This document shows, piece by piece, positions 38,238 to 47,686 of a stretch of 64,000 nucleotides of DNA (positions within the stretch are counted from its first letter, which is position 1; the number at the start of each line of letters is the position of its first letter). Position numbers and translations under genes: made by a program. Source of the stretch: a virus; IMG/VR virus record IMGVR_UViG_3300032116_000082, positions 30,272 through 94,271 of that record; one strand, written 5' to 3'. Under the pieces are notes generated by a model, which made no database searches, was not told the DNA's origin, and saw nothing but the letters and a program-made list of their open reading frames with translations.

Positions 38238-38701
38238 GACAGCGTGAGAATTCGAGAAGACGGCAGGGCCTCGTGCCCCTGGCGAACCAGCGTTTCGAGC
38301 CGCAACTGGAGATTCTGGAGACTATCCTCGGCCCCCTGCCGGGTCTCTGGCGGCAGTGCGCCCATGGCGAGCTCTAGGTCCAGCTGGGTCCGCAGCTGAA
38401 GCTGCTCCGACCGGACCTGCTGAAAGTGCTGCAGTCGAGCGATGTGGGCCTGGACATACTCCACCGCGGCGTCCACATCCGCACACCCGGTACGCTCAAG
38501 AAACAGACGCTCCAGACTCTGAAACCGGCTAGTCAGCGTGGCCAGACTCTCCTCAACTTTGGCGCGGGTGTCCGCATCCGTGTCCGAATCCACGGATGCA
38601 ATGAGGACCTGGGCCTGGGCAACCCCCTGTTGCGTCTGCTCATACAGCGATGCAATAGCTTTCAACTCTTCAACCTTGAAAATCAGCTGCTGTAACTTCA
38701 T
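38234..38701 (-). CDS. Coiled-coil hypothetical protein (155 aa)
   Basis: ATGA overlaps at both ends; Q/L/E heptads. Confidence 0.7.
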   Translation of the reverse strand: MKLQQLIFKVEELKAIASLYEQTQQGVAQAQVLIASVDSDTDADTRAKVEESLATLTSRFQSLERLFLERTGCADVDAAVEYVQAHIARLQHFQQVRSEQLQLRTQLDLELAMGALPPETRQGAEDSLQNLQLRLETLVRQGHEALPSSRILTLS

Positions 38702-39015
38702 GAAGTAGCTCTCTTGTGGGGGCGTGTACGTGGAAACGATGCCCAAACGCCTGGCGAGATTTCGAGGAGACGGAGATCCGCCTCTCCACGGTGAATGTTT
38801 TCGTGACATGAAAAACACACGGTGATCAAGTTGGCCGGTTCATGCGTGCCGCCCTGACTCCGGTACTGTATGTGATGAAGTTGGAGGCGGTTCTCGCCCC
38901 CAACTCCACACAGTTGGCATTGGTCGTTGTCTCGATCAAGAACGGCACGTCGGACGTGCTGTGAAATACGCGTGGGATCTTCACGAGCCCTATGGCTCGC
39001 CAAATCCTCAATCAC
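38698..39015 (-). CDS. HNH endonuclease (105 aa)
   Basis: VLDRDNDQCQLCG...LQLHHI...GGTHEPANLITVCFSCHENIH. Confidence 0.93.
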   Translation of the reverse strand: MIEDLASHRAREDPTRISQHVRRAVLDRDNDQCQLCGVGGENRLQLHHIQYRSQGGTHEPANLITVCFSCHENIHRGEADLRLLEISPGVWASFPRTRPHKRATS

Positions 39016-39320
39016 TTCGTACGACGCTGCGCTTTGGTGGTCTTCTTCGCTGGAGCCTTACGAGCAGGCGTTTTCGCAGGCGCCTTCTTCGCTGCGGTCT
39101 TCTTCGCTGGAGTCTTCTTCGCTGAGAGCTTCGCTGCCGGGGCAACTGAGGCCATGGCGGTCACCGACTCGTCCGGATTGGGACTATCCGAGATTGCACC
39201 CCCGCCAATCCCACTTGCGGGAAACAGTCCCGACGACGGCGTCGCGGTCTCCGAGAGGTAGTGCTTCACCGCAAACGCGAACGCCGCGACCAGGGCGAGA
39301 AACATGAGTAGAGTAGCCAT
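39012..39320 (-). CDS. Membrane-anchored protein with a histone H1-like PAKK/AAKK tail (102 aa)
   Basis: N-terminal hydrophobic helix; C-terminal KKTPAKKTAAKKAPAKTPARKAPAKK. Translationally coupled on both sides. Confidence 0.75.
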   Translation of the reverse strand: MATLLMFLALVAAFAFAVKHYLSETATPSSGLFPASGIGGGAISDSPNPDESVTAMASVAPAAKLSAKKTPAKKTAAKKAPAKTPARKAPAKKTTKAQRRTK

Positions 39321-39538
39321 CAGTCGTCCTCTGAGAATTTGTTGTGCCGCAACTTGCGACGGTTGTGACTCTTTATAGAAGGAGGCGCCGACTGGCGGTT
39401 CTCCTCCTCTTCGAAATGGGCATCACACTCCAGACACCGAAACAGCGGGAACGCCGTACCCAGGAGCTGAAGATCCTGACTGCCACAATAGGGACATTCG
39501 ATATCGTCCCTAGTACTGATACGCACGCCGCCTCTCAT
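39320..39538 (-). CDS. Zinc-ribbon protein (about 66-72 aa)
   Basis: CPYCGS...FRCLECDAHF. Confidence 0.7.
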   Translation of the reverse strand: MRGGVRISTRDDIECPYCGSQDLQLLGTAFPLFRCLECDAHFEEEENRQSAPPSIKSHNRRKLRHNKFSEDD

Positions 39539-40025
39539 CCTTGAAGAATGCCAGCGCGGTTTTGAGATTGTCGCTCACCCGCTCATTCGTCTTGTTCCAG
39601 GTGTGCCCAGCGTCAATGAGCTCCTGCAGCTTATCAATCCGGTCCTCCAGCTTATCCCGCTTGGACCGAAGCTCGGACACAGAGTCGGCATATCCCTGAT
39701 CCTCAAACCGCCTCTGCAGGGCCCCGGATATCGTCTTATTGCTTTTGGCCTCGGTCGGCGTCAGCGGATCGGCGACCATAACCGCTCGCTCCAACGTCTC
39801 CAAATCCCGCTCGATATTCCGCAGTTCGATATTTAAGCGCATCCGGTCCTGCATCGCATCCGTAATGGCCTGAGTAATCTGAAGTGCGGAATTTGCCAGC
39901 TTAATCAGGTCGTTCGTGGCGCTGACAGGGTTCCAATAGGCGAAATCGTTAGCGTCCGGGTCGATGTCATGATCGTACTCCGGATTAACCCGAACCTTCA
40001 AGTCATCAGCCAGTGATTTCTTCAT
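39510..40025 (-). CDS. Coiled-coil hypothetical protein (171 aa)
   Basis: Start moved to MKKSLADD at 40025; helical heptads. Confidence 0.7.
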   Translation of the reverse strand: MKKSLADDLKVRVNPEYDHDIDPDANDFAYWNPVSATNDLIKLANSALQITQAITDAMQDRMRLNIELRNIERDLETLERAVMVADPLTPTEAKSNKTISGALQRRFEDQGYADSVSELRSKRDKLEDRIDKLQELIDAGHTWNKTNERVSDNLKTALAFFKDERRRAYQY

Positions 40026-40062
40026 ATGGACTCTGTAGTGGTTGACGGCGAGGCGGCCGATC

Positions 40063-40326
40063 TTACACAACAAAGCCGTATTGCGTCCCGCAATCGTTGC
40101 AATACAGCTCGCCGTCTTCGTAGCGATCGGAATCCAGCAAGACGACATTCGTGCTTAAACACGCCATGCATACCGGTACGTCTTGCGGGACCCGGTGCAG
40201 TGCGCTCACTACCGGTGGACGGTTGGTCTGTTCACGAATCATGAATCGTGACCATTGGCCATCTTCAGACCGCTGCCACAGCATCGTGGTAGCGACAACC
40301 GGGCGTTTTGGATCAAACCGACTCAC
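40063..40326 (-). CDS. Zinc-ribbon protein (87 aa)
   Basis: CMACLS...LYCNDCG; GTGA overlap with the polymerase stop. Confidence 0.65.
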   Translation of the reverse strand: MSRFDPKRPVVATTMLWQRSEDGQWSRFMIREQTNRPPVVSALHRVPQDVPVCMACLSTNVVLLDSDRYEDGELYCNDCGTQYGFVV

Positions 40327-42623
40327 GCCGCCATTTCCTTGGTCCAATACGGCACTACACCCTCAGAACCCTCTGGAAACTCTGCCGCAACCGGCACATC
40401 GGGGCAGTAGAAGCGTCCTGCCTGTTCCATAAGCTCTCTCATCAACGGCGCGAACTCCTGGGCGATGGAATCATGTACCTCACACACAATCTCGTCATGA
40501 ACGAGATTCACCACGAAGGCCTTGTCCTGCCAGCCGCGATCGTCAATCAGTCGTTGAATTAAACACGCCGCGGCTTTCGTCATAGTCGCGGATCCGCCTT
40601 GAATCGGGGCGTTGGATCCTTCGGTATAGGTGTTTTTAGAGTCGGGCGGGAAGAATCTGATCCGACCGCAGGGCGCTCGGACGTAGGTCACCATGTCCCC
40701 AGCGACCTCATCCCAGATTTTCGGCGCGTGTGGATTATTGGGATCCGCACGCTGAGAGCAGAGGTCCTGGTACTCCAAGACCTTCTCGTGGACCTCAAAG
40801 AACCGGCGATGTAGCCCCTGGGCATATTCGAAGCTGGGGGCCTCAACCTGACCGGTCATGATGGCATCGGCCAGTCCTAGGGTTAGCTGATCGCGGAGCT
40901 TTCTGGCACCGGACCGATAGGCCATCGCCAGCACGACGGCCTTGAAAATCTTCCGCTCGAGCTTGCCTTCCGGCGTGTGCTTGTCTGGCCTGTGGCCCAG
41001 CATTGCCTCGGCGACTGACAGATACAGGTCGTCATTCCGTTCATAGGTTCCGATATACACCGGATCCTTCGACACCTGGGCCAGAAGCCGAGGCTCCTGC
41101 TGCGAGTAGTCTGCAATAACAAAGGAATACTCGTCGGCAGGGATGAAACAATGCCGGTACCGAGCGTCTCCGGGAACGTTCTGCAGGTTGGGAGTAGTGC
41201 TCAAACGCCCGGTATTCGTTACCGCCTGATGCACTTCGGTATGTACACGGCCAGTATCCGTTCGGACGTTCTTCAGCAGCCAGTCATTACCAAAGGTGTC
41301 ACAGCGAATATCGTACTTGGAATACTCCATCAACAAATCAACAATATCCGAAGGCAGCTGCCCACGGCACTTCCGGAGCGTCAAGGTGTTTTTGTCCGAT
41401 TCGGTTAGCAGGCAATACTGATACTCGGATACCACCCAGTCCGGAATGTCACGAACGTCGACCGATCGCCCGCGCTCCTCCTGCTGCTGCCGCCAGTCAC
41501 GACCGAATAGCTGCTTGAGCTCGTTGAGCCGGTCCACAGACGTCACTACCTCGTAACTCCATTGACGACCCTCACAGATCTTCTTGATCGCCCACTTGAC
41601 CTGTTCCGAACTGGAGTAGTTCAGCGGCTTGTTAAGCTTCGGGTAGATTGGTCTCTGCTTGAACGTATCGGTGTCGAACAGGTCTGGCTGCATGGTGTAC
41701 TGCCGAACCAGATCGTCCAGGGCCGCCTGTGCCTCAGCCCGCTTGGCCAGCGCCTCCTGCCACAGGGCTCGCCACTGGGACCGATCCACCCGCATCCCGT
41801 GGTGCTCAAGCTCACCTAGAACCGGGATCAGCTCCATCTCGACCTTAATGATGCCCCGCAGCCCACGTTCCTCGATCAAAGTGCGTTGCTTCTTCGCAAT
41901 GACGAACGGGTAAATGACGTCGCTCGCGGCATACACGATCTGGCGCAACGTATGCTGTCCAACGGGAGTCTTGAAGAACCCGGTTCGGAGGGACTCTTCC
42001 TTGTCGATTTCCACCTTGGAGTACCGCTCCATGAGGGCAGCCATGGAGCACAACTTGTAGGCACTACGATCCTCGTTCTTTCCGCGAGCCTCCCCCTTCG
42101 GCGATAGCAGACCAGCGCGGATGATCATCTCGGCAATCTGCGTGTCGGCGAGATTACGGCATCGGACGTCGTACTGTGCGCGGAGAAACCGGTATTCAAA
42201 CCGGACGTTCTGACCCAGCTTGGTCACCTGGCGATTCTCGAGTACGTCGAATACCGGCCGCAGCTGTTCTTTGGAGAACGCACGGACGTCTATCACCACG
42301 GCGTTGGGAAACCGGGGGTCGGCCACCTCCATATTGCCAAGCTGCAGGGTGGCGATCTTCGAGTCGAACGGGTTCAGACCAGACGTCTCAAGGTCCAGGC
42401 CGACCATATTGAGTGTCGCAAGCCACTCCACAACCAGGGGCAATTCCTGCGGCTGTGTCACATACCAATATCGTACGAGCTTACTGGTGTCTTCACTCAG
42501 TGGCAGGTCGATGGTGAATTGCAGCGGACGACCGTCCTGCGGCATATCCAAAACCTGGAGCTTATGCCCGTACCGGATTAGCTCTTCACGCTGCAGGCGC
42601 AACGGCTCAGTCAACGAAAGCAT
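40323..42623 (-). CDS. polA: Family A DNA polymerase with 3'-5' exonuclease (766 aa)
   Basis: ExoI LDLETSGL, ExoIII YAASD, TNTGRLS...PNLQNVP, motif A ADYSQQEPR, motif B RKIFKAVVLAMAY, NAPIQGGSA, motif C VHDEIVCE. Confidence 0.96.
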   Translation of the reverse strand: MLSLTEPLRLQREELIRYGHKLQVLDMPQDGRPLQFTIDLPLSEDTSKLVRYWYVTQPQELPLVVEWLATLNMVGLDLETSGLNPFDSKIATLQLGNMEVADPRFPNAVVIDVRAFSKEQLRPVFDVLENRQVTKLGQNVRFEYRFLRAQYDVRCRNLADTQIAEMIIRAGLLSPKGEARGKNEDRSAYKLCSMAALMERYSKVEIDKEESLRTGFFKTPVGQHTLRQIVYAASDVIYPFVIAKKQRTLIEERGLRGIIKVEMELIPVLGELEHHGMRVDRSQWRALWQEALAKRAEAQAALDDLVRQYTMQPDLFDTDTFKQRPIYPKLNKPLNYSSSEQVKWAIKKICEGRQWSYEVVTSVDRLNELKQLFGRDWRQQQEERGRSVDVRDIPDWVVSEYQYCLLTESDKNTLTLRKCRGQLPSDIVDLLMEYSKYDIRCDTFGNDWLLKNVRTDTGRVHTEVHQAVTNTGRLSTTPNLQNVPGDARYRHCFIPADEYSFVIADYSQQEPRLLAQVSKDPVYIGTYERNDDLYLSVAEAMLGHRPDKHTPEGKLERKIFKAVVLAMAYRSGARKLRDQLTLGLADAIMTGQVEAPSFEYAQGLHRRFFEVHEKVLEYQDLCSQRADPNNPHAPKIWDEVAGDMVTYVRAPCGRIRFFPPDSKNTYTEGSNAPIQGGSATMTKAAACLIQRLIDDRGWQDKAFVVNLVHDEIVCEVHDSIAQEFAPLMRELMEQAGRFYCPDVPVAAEFPEGSEGVVPYWTKEMAA

Positions 42624-44640
42624 TGGGATCGAGTGAGAAGATATCTTTGGCGACCGTCTGCTCGGTCATACTTGGAGCGGGAACAAATTTCGAAACTGTT
42701 TGATGCAGTAAGAGCTCGACGGCGACACCCGCTTCACCCTCACGCTGCTTGACGATCGTGATCTTCCGCTTGGAAATGGCACCTGGCGTACGTTCACCGG
42801 TCAGAATCATGGCTACGTCGGCGTCGGCCTCGATGCGACCGGTGCCCTTAAACCAGTTGATCTGCGGCTCGTCGTCCGCCTCAACCTTCCGCTGCAGTTG
42901 TGAAAACACCACGACAGGCTGCCTCAGAACCTTGGCCATGTACTTAAACTCCATGGACAACCGCGACAACTTCTCGTATTCCGACTGGTGCCCGTTCACA
43001 TCGATGGAGCCGAACTGCAGGTAATCCATAAACACGACCATCGGTTTGCCGATGGACAACTTCTCCCGCAGAATGGTGTCTTCGAGCAGGTTGAAAATGA
43101 GATCCGGTTGGCTAGCGGAGTAATGCAGGTAAATCGGCAGCTGATATAGTCGTTCAGCCGCCAGCGTGACCTCACGCTCCTCTTCGCTGTTGAGCGGATA
43201 GGGGCTGCCGTTCCAAAGACGCTCGCCCCGTATGGCCCGTGAATCCACACCAGACATGCGGGCCAACATGCGCTCCTCAAGCCCTTCCTGGCCGGTCTCG
43301 GCGCTGAATCCCAACACCGGAATGCCTCGCTCGGCCATGGACACCATGGCATCAACCATGAGCGCCGTCTTTCCAATGCTTGGAAGAGCGCCTACGATCG
43401 TGAGCTCCTTCGGGCGAAGGCGTGTATACTGATCAAGACCGGCCGTGCCCCACGTCGCACCTGTCGGAACCTCCCCTCGATTGCGACGCCGCATACGGTC
43501 CAAGGAACGCTTAAAATCCGACCGAAGCATTGGTTCGGTGGTTTCCTTGACCAGCGTGGCTATCGGCGCATCACCGACGTGGTACGGCGCCCCGCCCTTG
43601 CATCCCTTACAGGCCAGATGCGGGAAATGCTCGCGGATGTAGCGGCAACCCACCGGCGGATGACGAAGTGCCTGAGTGTACTTGGCGTCCGTCTCTGACT
43701 CGGAGTATCCCTTATAGTCGCGGCTGATCAGATGGGCCGCCTCACGACCGTTGGCGAAGCAGGTCAGCTGCTGAATAGCGGCGTACCACTGCGGCTCCGG
43801 TAGCCGTTCGCGGTTCTCGAACGCATGGGCCATAAACTGGCACCCATAGTCCGAGATCAGCTTTAGGACCCCATTTAGGGGTTTTTCCGGCCGTCCGCCT
43901 GGATGAGTCTCTCCATAGGGGGCAGGCTCATACATCTCGGTCCTGACACTCGGGACAGGCGCAGCTTCCACAGGAGCATTATCCGCCAGCTCCTGAATGA
44001 CGTATCTGTTGTTGTACCGGACAATCTTGACAAACTCCGCAGGACCAACCGGATCCAGCGTGGTGGTATTCAAGAACACACTGGCGCCGCCGGGCACTCC
44101 AGGACCCAATTGACTCGACCAACCAGCCGGTGCCTCCGCACCGAAGAACGGCAGCGCAATCAGGTTGCCGTAGGGTCTAGACTCGCTGACCGTGGTCTGG
44201 ACCGGGTACAGGCGATCGAAGCTGCTGGCGTCAACCAGAAGCGGCTTTAGGGCTTTTCGAACGTCAGCCGCAGGGACCGGAGATTCGAAAAAGCCCCAGA
44301 CATGGCAACCTTCACCGGATCGGGACTTCTCCAAGTAGACTTGAAGTCCGGCCTCCTGGAATACCTCGAGCTGGTTCAGCGCCTGGTTTAGGACGGAGGT
44401 AGCATCGTCCTCTGCGTCGAAATCCAACGCGAACCAGCAGACCGTGGAATCGGCGAGAAGCTGGTACTGACCAAGCAGGATGCGCCCTGCCAGGTGATCC
44501 TGCAGCAGATCGTCCGTAAGTGGTTCTTTTACAAGGGCATATCCGACTTTTCCAGGCTGTCCATCCTTGACAAACGCCTTGGCGTAGACGTCGCCGCGAC
44601 CACGAAATAGTCGCGTTGTTGCTTCCAGAAGGGTGTTCAC
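42607..44640 (-). CDS. AEP primase-DnaB (SF4) helicase fusion (677 aa)
   Basis: AEP motifs ALDFD, EKSRSGEGCHVW, GNLIALP. Central 4-Cys domain. DnaB motifs GALPSIGKT, FSAET, FMDYLQ, FSQLQR, IEADADV, KQREG. Confidence 0.9.
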   Translation of the reverse strand: MNTLLEATTRLFRGRGDVYAKAFVKDGQPGKVGYALVKEPLTDDLLQDHLAGRILLGQYQLLADSTVCWFALDFDAEDDATSVLNQALNQLEVFQEAGLQVYLEKSRSGEGCHVWGFFESPVPAADVRKALKPLLVDASSFDRLYPVQTTVSESRPYGNLIALPFFGAEAPAGWSSQLGPGVPGGASVFLNTTTLDPVGPAEFVKIVRYNNRYVIQELADNAPVEAAPVPSVRTEMYEPAPYGETHPGGRPEKPLNGVLKLISDYGCQFMAHAFENRERLPEPQWYAAIQQLTCFANGREAAHLISRDYKGYSESETDAKYTQALRHPPVGCRYIREHFPHLACKGCKGGAPYHVGDAPIATLVKETTEPMLRSDFKRSLDRMRRRNRGEVPTGATWGTAGLDQYTRLRPKELTIVGALPSIGKTALMVDAMVSMAERGIPVLGFSAETGQEGLEERMLARMSGVDSRAIRGERLWNGSPYPLNSEEEREVTLAAERLYQLPIYLHYSASQPDLIFNLLEDTILREKLSIGKPMVVFMDYLQFGSIDVNGHQSEYEKLSRLSMEFKYMAKVLRQPVVVFSQLQRKVEADDEPQINWFKGTGRIEADADVAMILTGERTPGAISKRKITIVKQREGEAGVAVELLLHQTVSKFVPAPSMTEQTVAKDIFSLDPNAFVD

Positions 44641-44724
44641 AGGGCGATCAGGTGGTGAGGGTCCTGCCTGATTGACGACTTACGCGAACTCCTTACATTC
44701 GCCCCACAACCACCGGATAAACCC

Positions 44725-45114
44725 CTAGAATAGTAGGAAGAACGACGCCTGCAGATCCCCATACCGGACTACGACAACTGGCTGGCTAATCCCAACCTGC
44801 CCTGAGAGCCCCTCCGGATAAACAGTCCACGTCCCAGGGATAACCATGGTGTCCCCGAACGCAGCATCCGGAATCAAACCGTCCGGAAGTACAAGAACAG
44901 AGCCCGGTTGAATTTCCGTGTTTCCAAAATCAGAAGCCGAAGGCAACCCATCGAGGTCAAGCACCAACGCCAACGCAGACAGCGCCGGATCTCCGACCGC
45001 GGAAGAACTCGGAATTCCCGCAGGATAGAGTACAAGCAACGCCACCCGACTACCAAAGTAGCCGGGTGGAAAATACCGCTCAGCAAAGAACCCCCGCGGA
45101 AACAGGCTAGCCAT
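44725..45114 (-). CDS. Hypothetical virion protein with short GIPSSSAVG/FG repeats (129 aa)
   Basis: FPRGFFAERYFPPGYFG N-terminus, then four repeats of about 23 aa. Confidence 0.6.
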   Translation of the reverse strand: MASLFPRGFFAERYFPPGYFGSRVALLVLYPAGIPSSSAVGDPALSALALVLDLDGLPSASDFGNTEIQPGSVLVLPDGLIPDAAFGDTMVIPGTWTVYPEGLSGQVGISQPVVVVRYGDLQASFFLLF

Positions 45115-45116
45115 GC

Positions 45117-45767
45117 CTACGTTGCGTCAAATAGAATAGCCGTTCGATTACCGTTAGCATCTACCGTTGCAACAATGCGGTTCTTGTCATCCGCAACACT
45201 TCGGAAGGTAATCGTCGTGCCTTCCGCGCCGGACACCTTACCGACTAGGGCAGACAGAATCAGCCGCATCGCTCCTGTCAGATCCAAGCCCGAATCCACA
45301 GCTTTGGAATGCACCGCGTCTGCAATTTCGGACGGTGACGCCTGATTTACCGCGTAGGACAAGTTGGACACCGTCGACGTAACCCCGCCACCTGGCAGAA
45401 TCAGAAACGGACTCTGCCCCTCCTGGTCATTATAAAGTGTCCCCGTGACAGACACCTCGTGGTCAACAACCACCCGCCAGCCATTCATCAAAAAATAGAT
45501 ATCTCCGGCAAGCAAGCCCCCGCCCACCGGATCCCCACCAATGACGCGAACCGCGGGTAAGAACTTGGCGTTGTCACGAACCTGAACCCATTCCTTCCAG
45601 GCCGAGTAGATATCGCGACGCACATCAATATTCGTCTCCAACGGATTAACGATGATCTGACGATTAAGGCCATCAAACGTACACCGCTGCTCACCCCACA
45701 CCCCAGCACTAGGAGTGTAGGGTCCCCAGAACTCATGAAAGGCGTAGTTCTGGATCAGCGTCGTCAC
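45117..45767 (-). CDS. Putative virion structural protein (216 aa)
   Basis: GTGA-coupled start. Shares the YSxWKExW...NGW motif with the 532-aa protein. C-terminal LVGKVSG...DKNRIVATVDANGNRT. Confidence 0.65.
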   Translation of the reverse strand: MTTLIQNYAFHEFWGPYTPSAGVWGEQRCTFDGLNRQIIVNPLETNIDVRRDIYSAWKEWVQVRDNAKFLPAVRVIGGDPVGGGLLAGDIYFLMNGWRVVVDHEVSVTGTLYNDQEGQSPFLILPGGGVTSTVSNLSYAVNQASPSEIADAVHSKAVDSGLDLTGAMRLILSALVGKVSGAEGTTITFRSVADDKNRIVATVDANGNRTAILFDAT

Positions 45768-47674
45768 TGCGCAATCTCCTTCCACGCAGTCTTAATCACG
45801 AGGTGCACCGGATTGGTACCGAAGTACTTCTTACAGATGATCGACCACAAGAAGCGAGAGCCAAACATGCCCCGAATGGTGCCACCACTGGTGTACGTGC
45901 CGAAGCCGGTCGTATTCAGCGGCGTCGTCATCGCCGCGTTCGTATACAACTCGGCGGTGGTGAGACCCGTGATCTTCATGTAGTAGGTCTGCCCGTTCAC
46001 CTCGGTCATGCCACCAACACCCGCGAACGTTACGGCCGTCCCATCCCGTAGCATATGCGGCATATCGACGGTCAGCACTGCCGAGGACGCGTTGGTGATA
46101 CCGGCGACCACACATTGCCGCGTACCACCGTTCTCCGCGTAATTCTTAATCGAAGCTTGGAGGTTATTTGCCAGCGATGTAAGATCCTGCGCCGAATGCC
46201 CATTCGCCAGCGTCTTGACCGTAGGCCGACCGCCACCGTAGAACGTCGCATCCGTGTCCATAGACACAGTCGGCGAATCGGTTGCCTGCCAGTTGAGCCC
46301 GGCCACAATCGGCTCCGCAATAACCTCGACCTCCACCAAAGCGGGCGCTCCCGTGACCGTATCAAACGCCAACACCTCGAGCTGGTTCGGAAAGTACAGC
46401 GTCCGATTGGTGCGCCCGTTGTCAAGCAGCTCCACCGGTGCCAGGGTTCCAATATACTCGTAGCTGTTATTTGCAGTGATAGTGTAATTCATACTCTGCA
46501 ACCCAGAGCGCCCAGATCGCAGCGGATCAAGGGCTGTCTCCGTCCAAACGGAGGAACAGAAGACCCGCATTTCACTGCTACTTCCAGTCGACGCGAAGTT
46601 CCGCTGGGCAAAGCAAATGGGCAGCGAGCCGGTTGCACAGAAAGGATACGGCGCGGTATTTCCATGGTGATACTCATGACAGACCACGCGCTGCCCCTCG
46701 TGGTACACACCGAACCGAACGCGTCCCGCCCCCAGCCACTGCATGTCGATCCAGTACAGATTGTCCTTCGTCACATCAATCAACATCTGCGACGGTCCCG
46801 TCCCGTCGATACGATCCCTGTTCCAGTCTTCCTGCCAGATGTAGGTGTCCACCACCGACCCAGTCACATCGGACTTGATGACGAAGCCCAGCTTCACCTG
46901 CCCCGGATTCGCCGGGTCCTCCCGATGGACGAAGTGGACCCCGTTCTGAAAGTCGAACATGCCCCAGGAACGGCCGAGTCCCACTTTTCCGCTATCGCCC
47001 AACGCCAAGGTCGCCATAAAGAGCTGGCTCGACCCCGGCGTATAATGGTGGTACGTATTCGACGTATGCGCGACGATGTCACCGCTCACGGTCGTCGAGC
47101 TAAGCAGCGCCGCCCGCTTGTTCTGGTCCCAAGCGAGCGTCGCCCCGCCTACCAGGCGAGTACTGAAGGCATCGGGCATGGTACCGTTGGCAAAGACGTA
47201 CTCGCCGAGGATGGTACCCTGACTGACACGGAGCTTGCCAAACGCATCCAGCTGCGGCTGCCCTTCCGCGAAGGTGATCTGGGCCGACCCAAACTTGTCG
47301 ACCCACATCCCATATTCCGGATTATCGTAGCTCGTGATATGATTCGTGTTGACCCAGACGTCCCGCACTTCCAACGTTGGGTGGACCTGGGCAATGGTTA
47401 CCCCATCGAGGGTGATATTCTCACCCGGCTGCGGCGTCAGATTGTTGAACGTCGCACTCCGCGAGTAATGGACCTCAATATACCCGGTAGTGCTGGTTAG
47501 CTCGTACACCCCGTGCACGTGCATCGAGAACCCGGAGGTTCCCAGATGCACGCGGGAGCCCAAGGCAAACGTTCCAGTCCGATTTGTATACGGAACCGAC
47601 GCCGTGTGCTTTAGATTGATGCGCGGTCCGGTGGATGCTGGAGGAATCCGCGTGAAGTTACGTTCGCCTGGCAT
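45764..47674 (-). CDS. Putative virion appendage protein with a lectin-like core and a C-terminal E1-FCCH-like domain (636 aa)
   Basis: DAFGKLRVS and YWIDMQWLGAGRVRFG; C-terminal GITNASSAVLT...HMLRDG..V.FAGVGGMTEVNG...TTGFGTYTSGG. Confidence 0.65.
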   Translation of the reverse strand: MPGERNFTRIPPASTGPRINLKHTASVPYTNRTGTFALGSRVHLGTSGFSMHVHGVYELTSTTGYIEVHYSRSATFNNLTPQPGENITLDGVTIAQVHPTLEVRDVWVNTNHITSYDNPEYGMWVDKFGSAQITFAEGQPQLDAFGKLRVSQGTILGEYVFANGTMPDAFSTRLVGGATLAWDQNKRAALLSSTTVSGDIVAHTSNTYHHYTPGSSQLFMATLALGDSGKVGLGRSWGMFDFQNGVHFVHREDPANPGQVKLGFVIKSDVTGSVVDTYIWQEDWNRDRIDGTGPSQMLIDVTKDNLYWIDMQWLGAGRVRFGVYHEGQRVVCHEYHHGNTAPYPFCATGSLPICFAQRNFASTGSSSEMRVFCSSVWTETALDPLRSGRSGLQSMNYTITANNSYEYIGTLAPVELLDNGRTNRTLYFPNQLEVLAFDTVTGAPALVEVEVIAEPIVAGLNWQATDSPTVSMDTDATFYGGGRPTVKTLANGHSAQDLTSLANNLQASIKNYAENGGTRQCVVAGITNASSAVLTVDMPHMLRDGTAVTFAGVGGMTEVNGQTYYMKITGLTTAELYTNAAMTTPLNTTGFGTYTSGGTIRGMFGSRFLWSIICKKYFGTNPVHLVIKTAWKEIAQ

Positions 47675-47686
47675 GAACTAGGCTCC

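Noticed and set aside
36947-39015. RuvC plus HNH as a Cas9/IscB/TnpB-like system
   Set aside because: They are separate small genes with ordinary resolvase and HNH signatures, with no guide-RNA-sized gap, array or transposon ends nearby.
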